The notes under the pieces were generated by a model that did not search any database, was not told where the DNA came from, and was given only the letters and a program-made list of their open reading frames with translations. The position numbers were made by a program, and so were the translations under genes. A DNA stretch of 63,668 nt, the filler included, from Octopus bimaculoides (lineage: Eukaryota), in NCBI RefSeq assembly GCF_001194135.2. It is 3 parts of 3 records of this genome, joined end to end, with 100 filler letters (N's around TTAATTAATTAA, not from the genome) between each part and the next. Parts side by side here need not be neighbours in the genome. Positions count along the whole stretch, not along the records: positions 1 to 20,560 come from NC_069001.1; 2 more parts are not named here. The stretch is one strand, 5' to 3'. Positions 1-10,794 of this stretch are shown here, piece after piece (the first letter of the stretch is position 1; each line of letters starts with the position of its first letter).

Positions 1-469
1 TGAATCTACATCATCTGAAGCGTATTCGTAGAGAAATTCATTAAAAAAATATCCATTTTTCTGGAGGTTATGAGGAAACAAAGTCGGTGGGGTGTACACA
101 TTTGTAGGAATGCTGGGATTTGAACGTCGGAACGTAATACTGTACAGACGCTCTAATAATTCTGCCAATTCGTTGTTCTGGGGGTGAGGGGGGAGAGAAA
201 CAAAAAAAAAAAAACATTTGTCCAGGCATCAATTTGAAACTGTGACCTTTTTGCCCGCCTCTCGTTTGAATAACTTAACACCCAGAGGCAACACTGTTTG
301 CATAGTTTAATGGCCGGTATCAAAATGCAACTGGTTTACAGTTTCTCATGCGAACTTCTTGGACTGGTTTTTGTGAAACTATACATTTATATATAGACAC
401 ATACATATGTATATATATCTACTGTATATTTCTACACATATACACATACACACATAAGTGTGTGTGTGC

Positions 470-517
<48 letters not shown>

Positions 518-1339
518 GCAAATCAGTCGAGGAAAGAGGGAATTAAGTAAGCTATTTGAGAACATAACCTAATTTATCTCTCTTTATAGGAGAGGTGAAC
601 AAACAACTGGCTACACAGGTTCCAGTGATGATGATGCTGATGATGATAAGGATAATGGTGGTGGCGGTAATGAGGACTATAATGATGATGATGATAGTAG
701 TAGTAGTAATAGAAGAGTGTTCCAACATCGCTGACAGTCGCTCGCTCACCCACCCACGCATGGTGTACGGTGGAATTTCAGGCAGCTGGCGGGCGCTTGA
801 CCCACTTCCAGATTAATTTCGTCTTCGTATCTTTACTTCTATTTTTTTAATATTTGCTTTCAGAGCTTTTTATTATTATTATTATTATTATTATTTTTTC
901 TTGCTGTTTTAGCTCTCTTTTTTTTTTTTAGGTAAGAGGAGGAAGGCGGAAGGGTCGAGGGTACTTTTCATTCAGAGGCGTTTTTTTTTTGTTTTGTTTT
1001 TTTAATCCTGAGTATCAGAGCTTCTGGGTGGACATTCAGCATCATTATCATCATTATCAAGAATGTGTTTCGTAATAGGATGGAGGTAAGTGGGGGGAAA
1101 AAAAGAGACGAAATACTCAAATATCAGAAGCTTTTATGCTGCACGCAACGATAGTTTCTCAAAGGCCAATAACCTCATATCCAAAATACAGAAACATTAT
1201 ATATATCATCTGGGTAATAACCTCATAACATGCATTCCAAAGCTCCTATACAGTCATCGGCTACCATATGTTGTCATATGTTACTGAGTACAGAGGGAAT
1301 GCTAAAAATACTATATGCTATAAAAACAATGGGAAATTG

Positions 1340-1660
1340 AACGGGATCCAAAGCCACTCATCTGATGACGTGTTTTGTTGTATGACAATACACACCCACA
1401 TACAGCCACCCACACCATTGAACTCAATTGTAAAAATGGGTTTCGAGTTGCTGAAACACCATGCATACAGTTCGCACCTCGCCCCTTCCGTCTATAACCT
1501 CTTTGGACCGCTCAAACATCATTTACGAGGGCGTACGAACAAACAAACAAAAAATGCAGGAAGCGGTACATAAATGGCTGCGCAACCAGCTGAAAACCTC
1601 CTTCTCCGATAAGCAAGTCTGTGAACTGCTGGAAGAAGTGCATCCAAAAGCAAGGATGCC
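1340..1660 (+). mobile_element. Decayed mariner transposase C-terminal fragment
   Basis: Frameshifted translation gives (H)DNTHPHTA, MGFELLKHHAYSSHLAPSVYNLFGPLKHHLRGR, EAVHKWLRNQLKTSFSD and NCWKKCIQKQG. These match mariner HDNARPH / HPPYSPDLAPSDYHLFGPLK / W..CI..QG motifs. Confidence 0.75.
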
Positions 1661-1746
1661 GTGTTTCATCCCTGCTTTTGTTTATAATTTTTGACTTACC
1701 CATAAATACACACACACAACAACAAAAACTCGTACTTATATGTATC

Positions 1747-2088
1747 ATAAAGCAAACGAATGGATTTCCGAATGTTGCTACAATTGTTTCGTTAAGAGTT
1801 TTTATTTTGATGCAAGCATAATGCAGTTATTTAGGTTATGCAATGCTCTTAAGTTCGTCAGAAAACTTCATAAATCGGAGTGACGCAACTATTTGTAGAG
1901 TTAAGAATCAATGGGTTACTCAACAACACCAAAACTTAGCGTTACTCCGTTTTGTGAAGTTGCATGACGAACTTGAGAGTTGGTTATAGTATTGCATAAT
2001 CTGAATAATTGTATTATGCTTGCATCAAAATAAATACTTCTAACGAAACAAGTGTAGCAACACTCAGAAATCCATTCGTTTGTTTTAT
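1747..2088. mobile_element. Fold-back MITE-like element with ~140-bp inverted arms
   Basis: Left arm ataaagcaaacgaatggatttccgaatgttgctaca...cggagtgacgc is the imperfect reverse complement of right arm gcgttactccg...tgtagcaacactcagaaatccattcgtttgttttat. The spacer is ~60 bp and no clear TSD is seen. Confidence 0.7.
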
Positions 2089-2297
2089 TTCATTTTACGC
2101 CACGCTGTGTATTGTATTCTTCGTTGAATACTATGCATGCTATAGAAAATGAGGACTGCCCAACAACAGTGTCTTAACCTCATCGATGCCTTCTGCATTC
2201 AGAATGGGTTACGTTGCTGTCTGCTTTGCATATTTCTGTTCAGCAATTAGTGGTATGCTTCACGTTGATATGGCTTGATTTTTTTATAGATCCTTAA

Positions 2298-2362
<65 letters not shown>

Positions 2363-2409
2363 TCACTCACACACACACACAGGCACTTTGCAAACCACTA
2401 GATTTCGCG

Positions 2410-2730
2410 TTCAGACCTACTGCGTAGCGTCTTGGACAAGTGCTTTTAAATAGAGTCCCGAGCAGGTCAATGCCTTATAAGTGAATTTGATAGGCGGAAA
2501 CCGTGTGGAATCTCTAACTATATTCATATGTTCCTGAGCGTATGTCTTTGTTTGTCTCTCACACCATCACTTGACAATCGGCATTGGATATTTTACGTCC
2601 TGGTAACCTAGCAGTTCGGCAAAACAGACCGACGGAATAAGTACCAGTATTTGAATGGATTTGTTCAGTTAAACCCTTCAAAGCGGTGCACCCGCATGGC
2701 CGCAGTCCAGTAACTGAAACAAGTTAAAAA
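2410..2730 (+). mobile_element. Decayed SINE-B copy
   Basis: Contains ttggacaagtg, gcagttcggcaaaacagaccgacggaataagtacc and the tail gcatggccgcagtccagtaactgaaacaag, as in the full copy at 55737-56160. Confidence 0.6.
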
Positions 2731-2764
2731 CTCCCTTTAAATTCTGAGGACAGCTCACAAACAT

Positions 2765-2990
2765 CTCCTTTACTACCTTTACAGGATCCCAGGTTGAGAC
2801 TGGCTTCACGGTTGAGTCGCTTGACCTGTTAGAAATAGCAAACAACACCCAGCCCCACTCATAACCACATCCTTAAAAAAGGTTAAATACTTACCGGATA
2901 ATGCCCACCAAGTAGACAGACTGCCCGAAAAATAAAAGGCGAGGTGGTCATGGCTGGTATACATCACAGCATAGTGTATTCTGTTAAAGA
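2765..2990 (+). mobile_element. SINE-E repeat fragment
   Basis: Shares gcttgacctgttagaaatagc...ggataatg...ggtcatggctgg with the copy at 8900-9175. Confidence 0.45.
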
Positions 2991-3049
2991 TACGCAAAGG
3001 TCGAGTGGGGTAGGAGTGGGGGTTAAACTGGGGGTTCGATGCGTTTACG

Positions 3050-3410
3050 ACCCTGAATATTAATAATCCTTTCTGTTATAAGCACAAGGCCTGAAATTTT
3101 TTGGGAAGGGACTAATCGATTATATCGACCCCAAGTGCTCCGACAGGATGAAAGGCAACGTCGACCCCGGCTGAGTTTGAACTCAGAACGTAAATGCCGT
3201 TATGCATTTCGCTGGCCTTGCTAAAGATTCTGCCGGGTCACCACACAAGAAATTGTTTAAAATTTTGGTACAAGGCCACCAGTTTTGAGGGGAGCAGATT
3301 AATCGACTTCAGGACATAAATTGTGCTATATTTTATCGAACCTGAAAGGACGAAAGGCAAAGTCGACCTCGGCAGGATTTGAACGCAGAACGTAAAGGAT
3401 CATTAATCAA
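3050..3410 (-). mobile_element. Two tandem SINE-A copies
   Basis: Two reverse-complement copies of gagttcaaa...gtcgactttgcctttcatcc...gtcgata. Confidence 0.7.
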
Positions 3411-3521
3411 ACAGCTGAAGGTATTTTTTCATCCAACGTACTGCTAATTCTGCTGAGTAAATGGCTTGGTGATGCATTGAGAGAGGGGGGAGGGAGAGGG
3501 GGGAGAGAGAGAGAGAGAGAG

Positions 3522-3576
<55 letters not shown>

Positions 3577-3591
3577 AAAAGAGAGAGAGAA

Positions 3592-3658
<67 letters not shown>

Positions 3659-4520
3659 AAAAGAGAGAGAGAAAGAAAGAGAGAGAGAGAGAAAGAGAAA
3701 GAGAGAGAGAGAGAGAGAAAGAAAGAGAGAATGTGTGTGCGTGTGTCTGTATATGTATGATTGTGTATATGTGTACGTGCATGATTGTGTGTGTGCGTGT
3801 ATGACTGTGTGTATATGAGTGTATGTCTGTGTACGTATGTGTGTGAATGCGTATTTCAGTATCGGATATGGATACAGTTGAAACTGGCTATTTAACCGCA
3901 TCGATTACACCAGCCTGAGAGTACGACCCACACATCCACCCAGAACTCCTCCACCACCTTCACTTCTGATTGGATTAATTAAAGAGATATATACGTGATT
4001 TGATTGCACTTAATTACACTCATATTTGCCGATGTACACTGCAAAAGGTAGGTTTGTGTGTGTGTGTGTGTATACACACAGAAACATACATATGTACATA
4101 CACACACATATAAATAAATAAATATATGTACAAACACACACACACACACACACTTTTAATTTTTGCTGTATGTAGTGTGACAAATATTGCAGTTAACGGC
4201 GAATGGGTGTTCCCAAGTGACTTCATCACGTGGTCTATACAGGATATGACGTCATGATTACTTACAGGATATAACGACATGGTCACTGTAGTACATGATG
4301 TAATTTCAAAAAAAAAAAAACGTAAACGTCTGTCAGGCAGTTAGTTGTTGTTCTTGTTCTTGTTGTTCGAGGTGGTGTAGGTAGTGAAAGTACATGGTGT
4401 TGAAGCTAAGGTATTCGACTCCTCATCATAAGGTCGTCTGTTCGAACCCTGTACCGGGTACAACATTAGGACTTTAAGCAAGTCACTTCATTTCATGTTT
4501 CTCAGTCTACTCTGCTGTAA

Positions 4521-4909
4521 GGAGGCGCAATGGCCCAGTGGTTAGGGCAGCGGATTCGCGATCAAAAGATGGCGGTTTCGATTCCCAGACCGGGCTGAGT
4601 GTTTACTGAGCGAAAACACCTAAAGCTCCACGAGGCTCCGGCAGGGGATGGTGGCGAACCCTGCTGCACTCTTTCACCACAACTTTCTCTCAGTCTTTTT
4701 TCCTGTTTCTGTTGTGCCTGTAATTCAAAGGGTCAGCCTTGTCACACTCTGTGTCACGCTGAATATCCCCGAGAACTACGTTAAGGTTACACGTTTCTGT
4801 GGAGTGCTCAGCCACTTGCACGTTAATTTCACGAGCAGGCTGTTCCGTTGATCGGATCAACTGGAACCCTCGTCGTCGTAAGCGACGGAGTGCCAATAAC
4901 AACAACAAC
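4521..4909 (+). mobile_element. Full-length SINE-C nested in an older SINE-D-like copy
   Basis: A box tggcccagtggtt, B box gtttcgattcc and an (aac)n tail. TSD actctgctgtaa (4509-4520) / actctgccgtaa (4910-4921). The host tRNA-SINE spans ~4395-4950. Confidence 0.85.
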
Positions 4910-4989
4910 ACTCTGCCGTAATGAGAATGAACCGATTGCTCAAAATTGCAGATTTGCGGCCCGAATTAGAAATTATCAATATACCCGTA

Positions 4990-5520
4990 GTCGCAGGCTT
5001 AGCTATGTGGTAAGAATTTAGTTTCCTAACAACATGGTTCCGGGTTCAGTTCCACTGTGTGGAATGTGTCTTCTACTATAGCCTCGGCCGACAAAAGCCT
5101 TATGACTAGATTTGGTAAACAGAAACTGAAAGAAGCCCGCCCACTGCGTGGCATCTTGGACAAGTGTCTTCTACTATAGCCTCGAGCCGACCAAAGCCTT
5201 GTGAGTAGACGGAAACTGAAAGAAGCCCGTCGTATATATATATGTATATGTATGTATGTATATATGTATATGTATCTGTATATGTATGTATGTATATATG
5301 TATGTATGTATGTATTATGTGTGTGTATGTTTGTGTGTCTATTTGTCCCCCACCATGGCTTGACAACCGATGCTGGTGTGTTTATGTCCCTGTACCATAG
5401 CGGTTCGGTAAAAGAGACCGATAGAATAAGTACTAATCTTAGAAAGAATAAGTTCTGGAGTCGATTTGTTCGACTAAAGGCAGTGCTCCAGCATGGCCGC
5501 AACAAATAAAAGAGTAAAAG
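4990..5520 (+). mobile_element. SINE-B with internal tandem duplication of its core
   Basis: B box ccgggttcagttcc. The block gtgtcttctactatagcctc...gaaactgaaagaagcccg occurs twice (~5050-5138 and ~5140-5230). It has a central (TA/TG)n run and the tail gcatggccgc...aaagagtaaaaga. Confidence 0.8.
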
Positions 5521-5759
5521 AATATGTTTGTATGTGTGTGTGTGTTTGTTCCCCGCCACCGCCTATCAACCGTAGTTTGCGTGTTTACGTTCACTGTAAG
5601 TTATCGGTTCGCCAAAGAGATCGATAGAATAAGTACTGGGCTTTAAAAAAAAACAAGTACTGCGGTTGATTAGTTCGACTGAAATTCTTCAACACCGTTC
5701 CCCAGCATGGCCGCAGTCTAATGACTGAAACATGCTAAAAGATAAACAGACATCTCAGA

Positions 5760-6030
5760 GAAGCTTCCTCGCTCACTCGATGGAGAAGAGATTGGGCCGT
5801 TGTCGATCGATGGTTCATTATCTGAGGGCGGTGCATGTCGAACACCTTGACAAACGCCGACGCAGCCGATACGCGACTCTTAGTCGAGATCAGTGTCGGT
5901 TGGGGAGTTTGACTGGGGTAGTGTGTCAAACGGTAACGCAGGTGTCCCAAGGCGAGCTTAGCGCGGAGGATACCAGACGTCGAGCAAAAGGGTAAAAGCT
6001 CGTTCCATCTCGATTTTCAGTACGAATACG
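5760..6030 (+). pseudogene. 28S (LSU) rRNA fragment, diverged
   Basis: 5902-6029 reads ggggagtttgactgggg...gtcaaacggtaacgcaggtgtcccaaggcgagct...gagcaaaagggtaaaagctcg...tcgattttcagtacgaatac, matching the conserved 3'-domain core of eukaryotic 28S rRNA with substitutions and small indels. The upstream GC-rich stretch is consistent with the adjacent expansion segment. Confidence 0.85.
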
Positions 6031-6816
6031 GGTAAATTTCCTTGCGGTGCTTCTTCCGGCTTTTCTTTGCGTTCTGAGTTCAAATTCCGCTGTCGTCAGC
6101 AAAATTAACTACTTGTCATATAGTGTAGACGATCTAATTGACACCCATTGCCCACTGCAAAATTTCAGCCGATGTTGGTGTGTTTACGTCACCGTAATGC
6201 AGCAGTTGGGCAAAAGAAACCGATAAAATAAATACTAGGCTTACAAAGAATAAATACCACACAGCCACGCATGCGGAAGATTTCGAATTTTAAAATCTTA
6301 AGGGTTGTATTGTATCGTTTCATTAATCAGGTTTCTCCTCACCCCGAGCGGGATTATAGAGTTTCATGGAAAAATTTTGCTTGTTGAGGAAAAAAAAAAT
6401 AAAATATAGTTTATTTTGTAAAAGGAAAAAATTAATAAAATTTTCATTGGAATTGAAATGTTGAGAGGAAATAATAGAAAAAGAGAGAAAGAAGAAAGAA
6501 ACAAATGAAAAACGGTAAATTAAATTGTATTTTATTGGTGAAGANNNNNNNNNNNNNNNNNNNNNNNNNNNNNNNNNNNNNNNNNNNNNNNNNNNNNNNN
6601 NNNNNNNNNNNNNNNNNNNNNNNNNNNNNNNNNNNNNNNNNNNNNNNNNNNNNNNNNNNNNNNNNNNNNNNNNNNNNNNNNNNNNNNNNNNNNNNNNNNN
6701 NNNNNNNNNNNNNNNNNNNNNNNNNNNNNNNNNNNNNNNNNNNNNNNNNNNNNNNNNNNNNNNNNNNNNNNNNNNNNNNNNNNNNNNNNNNNNNNNNNNN
6801 NNNNNNNNNNNNNNNN

Positions 6817-7140
6817 AGAGAGAGAGAGAGAGAGAGAGAAAGTGAGAGAGAGAGAGAGAGAGAAAGTGAGGGAAAGTGACAGAGAGAGAGAGAGAGTGAG
6901 GGGGGGGAAAGTGACAGAGTGAGAGAGGGAAAGAATGACAGAAGGGGAAAGAAAACCACAAAGAGAGAGAAAGAGACAGACAGATAGAGTGAGAAAGACA
7001 TACAGGGACATAGAGAGAGAGAGAGAGAGAGAGAGAAAAAACAAAGAGAAAGAGAAAGACAGAAAGAAGAGAGACAACCGAGTGAAGAGACACACAAACA
7101 GAAAGCTAAAGAGAGAGAGAAAGAGAGAAAGAGAGAAAGA

Positions 7141-7205
<65 letters not shown>

Positions 7206-7210
7206 TAGAT
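6817..7210. repeat. Compound (GA)n / (GACA)n microsatellite
   Basis: Direct inspection. Confidence 0.9.
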
Positions 7211-7572
7211 AAGCAGACAGACAGGCAGAGAGACAAATAGCAAGAAACAGAGAAACGATGATAGAAGGTAAACTAAAGGAAGAAACAAAGTAAAAAACAA
7301 AAAATGAGCAACGAGAAATGACAGCAAACCACAAGAACTAATAAAAATAAAAAATGAAATTGTATACAATGGGGAGCGATCGATATGAGCGTTTCAAGCT
7401 GTTTAAGTGAAGACGTAATTGGTTCAGCGTACGGTTGAACGAACTGATGGTATCCGACGGCAATGTCCTCAAAAGATTCAGCAGAATTGTATAACGGCCA
7501 TATTGTAGAAAAGGACTTCCGGTTTAACTGGGTCTAATCGTATGATGACTATACAGAAGTCCACGAAACAAG

Positions 7573-7615
<43 letters not shown>

Positions 7616-8740
7616 NNNNNNNNNNNNNNNNNNNNNNNNNNNNNNNNNNNNNNNNNNNNNNNNNNNNNNNNNNNNNNNNNNNNNNNNNNNNNNNNNNNNN
7701 NNNNNNNNNNNNNNNNNNNNNNNNNNNNNNNNNNNNNNNNNNNNNNNNNNNNNNNNNNNNNNNNNNNNNNNNNNNNNNNNNNNNNNNNNNNNNNNNNNNN
7801 NNNNNNNNNNNNNNNNNNNNNNNNNNNNNNNNNNNNNNNNNNNNNNNNNNNNNNNNNNNNNNNNNNNNNNNNNNNNNNNNNNNNNNNNNNNNNNNNNNNN
7901 NNNNNNNNNNNNNNNNNNNNNNNNNNNNNNNNNNNNNNNNNNNNNNNNNNNNNNNNNNNNNNNNNNNNNNNNNNNNNNNNNNNNNNNNNNNNNNNNNNNN
8001 NNNNNNNNNNNNNNNNNNNNNNNNNNNNNNNNNNNNNNNNNNNNNNNNNNNNNNNNNNNNNNNNNNNNNNNNNNNNNNNNNNNNNNNNNNNNNNNNNNNN
8101 NNNNNNNNNNNNNNNNNNNNNNNNNNNNNNNNNNNNNNNNNNNNNNNNNNNNNNNNNNNNNNNNNNNNNNNNNNNNNNNNNNNNNNNNNNNNNNNNNNNN
8201 NNNNNNNNNNNNNNNNNNNNNNNNNNNNNNNNNNNNNNNNNNNNNNNNNNNNNNNNNNNNNNNNNNNNNNNNNNNNNNNNNNNNNNNNNNNNNNNNNNNN
8301 NNNNNNNNNNNNNNNNNNNNNNNNNNNNNNNNNNNNNNNNNNNNNNNNNNNNNNNNNNNNNNNNNNNNNNNNNNNNNNNNNNNNNNNNNNNNNNNNNNNN
8401 NNNNNNNNNNNNNNNNNNNNNNNNNNNNNNNNNNNNNNNNNNNNNNNNNNNNNNNNNNNNNNNNNNNNNNNNNNNNNNNNNNNNNNNNNNNNNNNNNNNN
8501 NNNNNNNNNNNNNNNNNNNNNNNNNNNNNNNNNNNNNNNNNNNNNNNNNNNNNNNNNNNNNNNNNNNNNNNNNNNNNNNNNNNNNNNNNNNNNNNNNCCA
8601 ATCACACAGTTCCGGGTTCAGTCCCATAGTGTGGCACCATAGACAAGTGTCTTCTTTTATAGCCTCAGGTCGACCAAAGTCTTATGAATTGATTTGGAGA
8701 GACAGAAACCGAAAGAAGCCTGGTATATATAATGTATATA

Positions 8741-8794
<54 letters not shown>

Positions 8795-8899
8795 CACCGC
8801 TTGACAACCAGTGATGGTTTGTTTGCGTCCTCGTCAACCCATCATAACGTCATTCATCAAAACGTTAATACAAATCTTTGTTAACGAAGTGGACCGCTA

Positions 8900-9175
8900 C
8901 CCGATCAGCTGAGAACGAGCAGCAAAATCTCACTGACTCACACACAGACACATACGAAGTCGCTACGTGGTCACACAGCTTGCTCGAAATAGAAGCCAAT
9001 TCTGCGTCCACTCAAACAATACCATTTAAACTAACTGAGAAAGGACACATCGGATATTGCAGTTCTAGATACGCTTTACCTGAATAAATCACTGGATATT
9101 CACGGCTAGAACTGCTTTGAGCAGAACAGTGCTTGATCAGATCGACACTGGTACTACTCCGTAAACAACAAGGAG
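8900..9175 (+). mobile_element. SINE-E repeat fragment
   Basis: cagcttgctcgaaatagaagccaa...ggacacatcggatattgcagttctagatacgc...cacggctagaac; similar to 2765-2990. Confidence 0.45.
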
Positions 9176-9714
9176 GCGAGCGATCTGTAGAAATAATAAA
9201 TGATCCAACGGTCTTAAGTCCCATGTTCTTTTTACGTTCTGCGTTTAAGTTCTTCCAGGGGTTCGTCGATAAAATAATGTACCAGTCAAACGCTGTGGTC
9301 GATTTAATACATACTTATCATGCATCTTGGATATAGAATATTATTATAAGGAGGCGTGTTGGCAGAATCGTCAGCACGTTAGGCAAAATGCTTAGCGGTA
9401 TATCTTCCGACTCTTTACGTCCTGAGTTCAAATCCGGCCGAGGTTGACTTTGGTTTTTTTTTTTGTTTGTTTTTTNNNNNNNNNNNNNNNNNNNNNNNNN
9501 NGTCTTAAGTCCCATGTTCTTTTTACGTTCTGCGTTTAAGTTCTTCCAGGGGTTCGTCGATAAAATAAAGAATCGCAGTCGATGTGTGTGTAATCGATTT
9601 GTCCCTCCCCTGAAAAATTGCGGATCTTGTGCCAAAATTAGAAGGAATTATAAACCGACGACGACGTCACGACCGCTGCCACTATTACTACTACTACGAA
9701 CATAATTTCATTCA

Positions 9715-10036
9715 CTGGCACTCCGTCGGTTACGACGACGAGTGTTCCCATTGATCCGATCAACGGAACAGCCTGCTCGTGAAATTAACGTGCAAGTGGC
9801 TGAGCACTCCACAGACACGTGTACCCTTAACGTAGTTCTCAAGAAAGATTCAGCGTTTCACAAAGTGTAACAAGACTGGCCCTTTGAAGTACAGGACACT
9901 ACTCACTTTTGCCAGCTGAGTGGAGTGGAGCAACGTGAAATAAAGAGTGTTACTGAAGGACACAATGCGTATCAGGAATCGAACTCACGACTTTACAATC
10001 TTGAGCCGAATACCCTATCCACAAAGCCACGCACCT
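9715..10036 (-). mobile_element. Hybrid SINE: D-type head plus C-type tail
   Basis: On the minus strand: A box tggctttgtggat and B box gagttcgattcc, then tgtgtccttcagtaacactctttatttcacgttgctcc, then the SINE-C tail gttaagggtacacgtgtctgtggagtgctcagcc...gacggagtgcc. Confidence 0.75.
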
Positions 10037-10794
10037 TCATCCCAACATAACTACCACCACCACCACCACCACCACTACAACCCGCGCCAACAGACTTGTT
10101 CCAACAAAATTCCGCCTCAATGCGACATTTAAACGAATGATGGTGATGGTTTCGGTGGTAGTGGTGTCGCTGTTAATTAGCAATCATGATTCTTTATAGC
10201 AACACGGATGTTAAAGCTTACATTTACATTTTCGTTCATTTTATTTTATTTTTTTTTTATTGCATGTGTCATTTAGTTCTACCTTCCGCATTCAGTGTGA
10301 CTCTGGCGAATAAACTGTATTAGTCTTTAACAATAACAACAACAGCAATAATAATAATAATAATAATGATGATGATGATGATGATGATAATAACAATAAT
10401 ACTCGTGACTTGTACGTTATTAATATCGAAAAGAAGTCATAAATGAAATGAATTAGAACAATGTCATTTAAGTATAGTAATTAACGAGAGTAATTAAGTG
10501 CATATTTATATTATAATCAGTCAACCACACAATGAGAAAGAGAGAGGGAGGGGAGAGAGAGAGAGAGAGAGAAAGAAGAGAGAGAGAGAATAAAGAGAAG
10601 AGAGAGAGAGAGAGAGAGAGAGAAAGAAGAGAGAGAGAGAGAATAAAGAGAGGAGAGAGAGAGAGAGAGAGAGAGAGACAAACAGACAGACAGAAAAGAG
10701 AGAGAGGGAAGTGAAACAGAAAGAGCAACTACATATGTCTCAACTCTATAGTCTTCAAAAAATGAATGGACGGACGGACAGACGGACACACAAG

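Noticed and set aside
2889-2975. Minus-strand exon candidate with a GTAAGT donor
   Set aside because: It falls inside a SINE-E repeat.
4521-4600. tRNA genes at SINE heads
   Set aside because: A and B boxes are present, but no complete cloverleaf; they continue into SINE bodies.
7370-7560. Possible mariner relic on the minus strand (gacattgccgtcggataccatcagttc, similar to DIAPSDYHLF)
   Set aside because: Only one short degenerate motif; flanking motifs are not in a convincing order.
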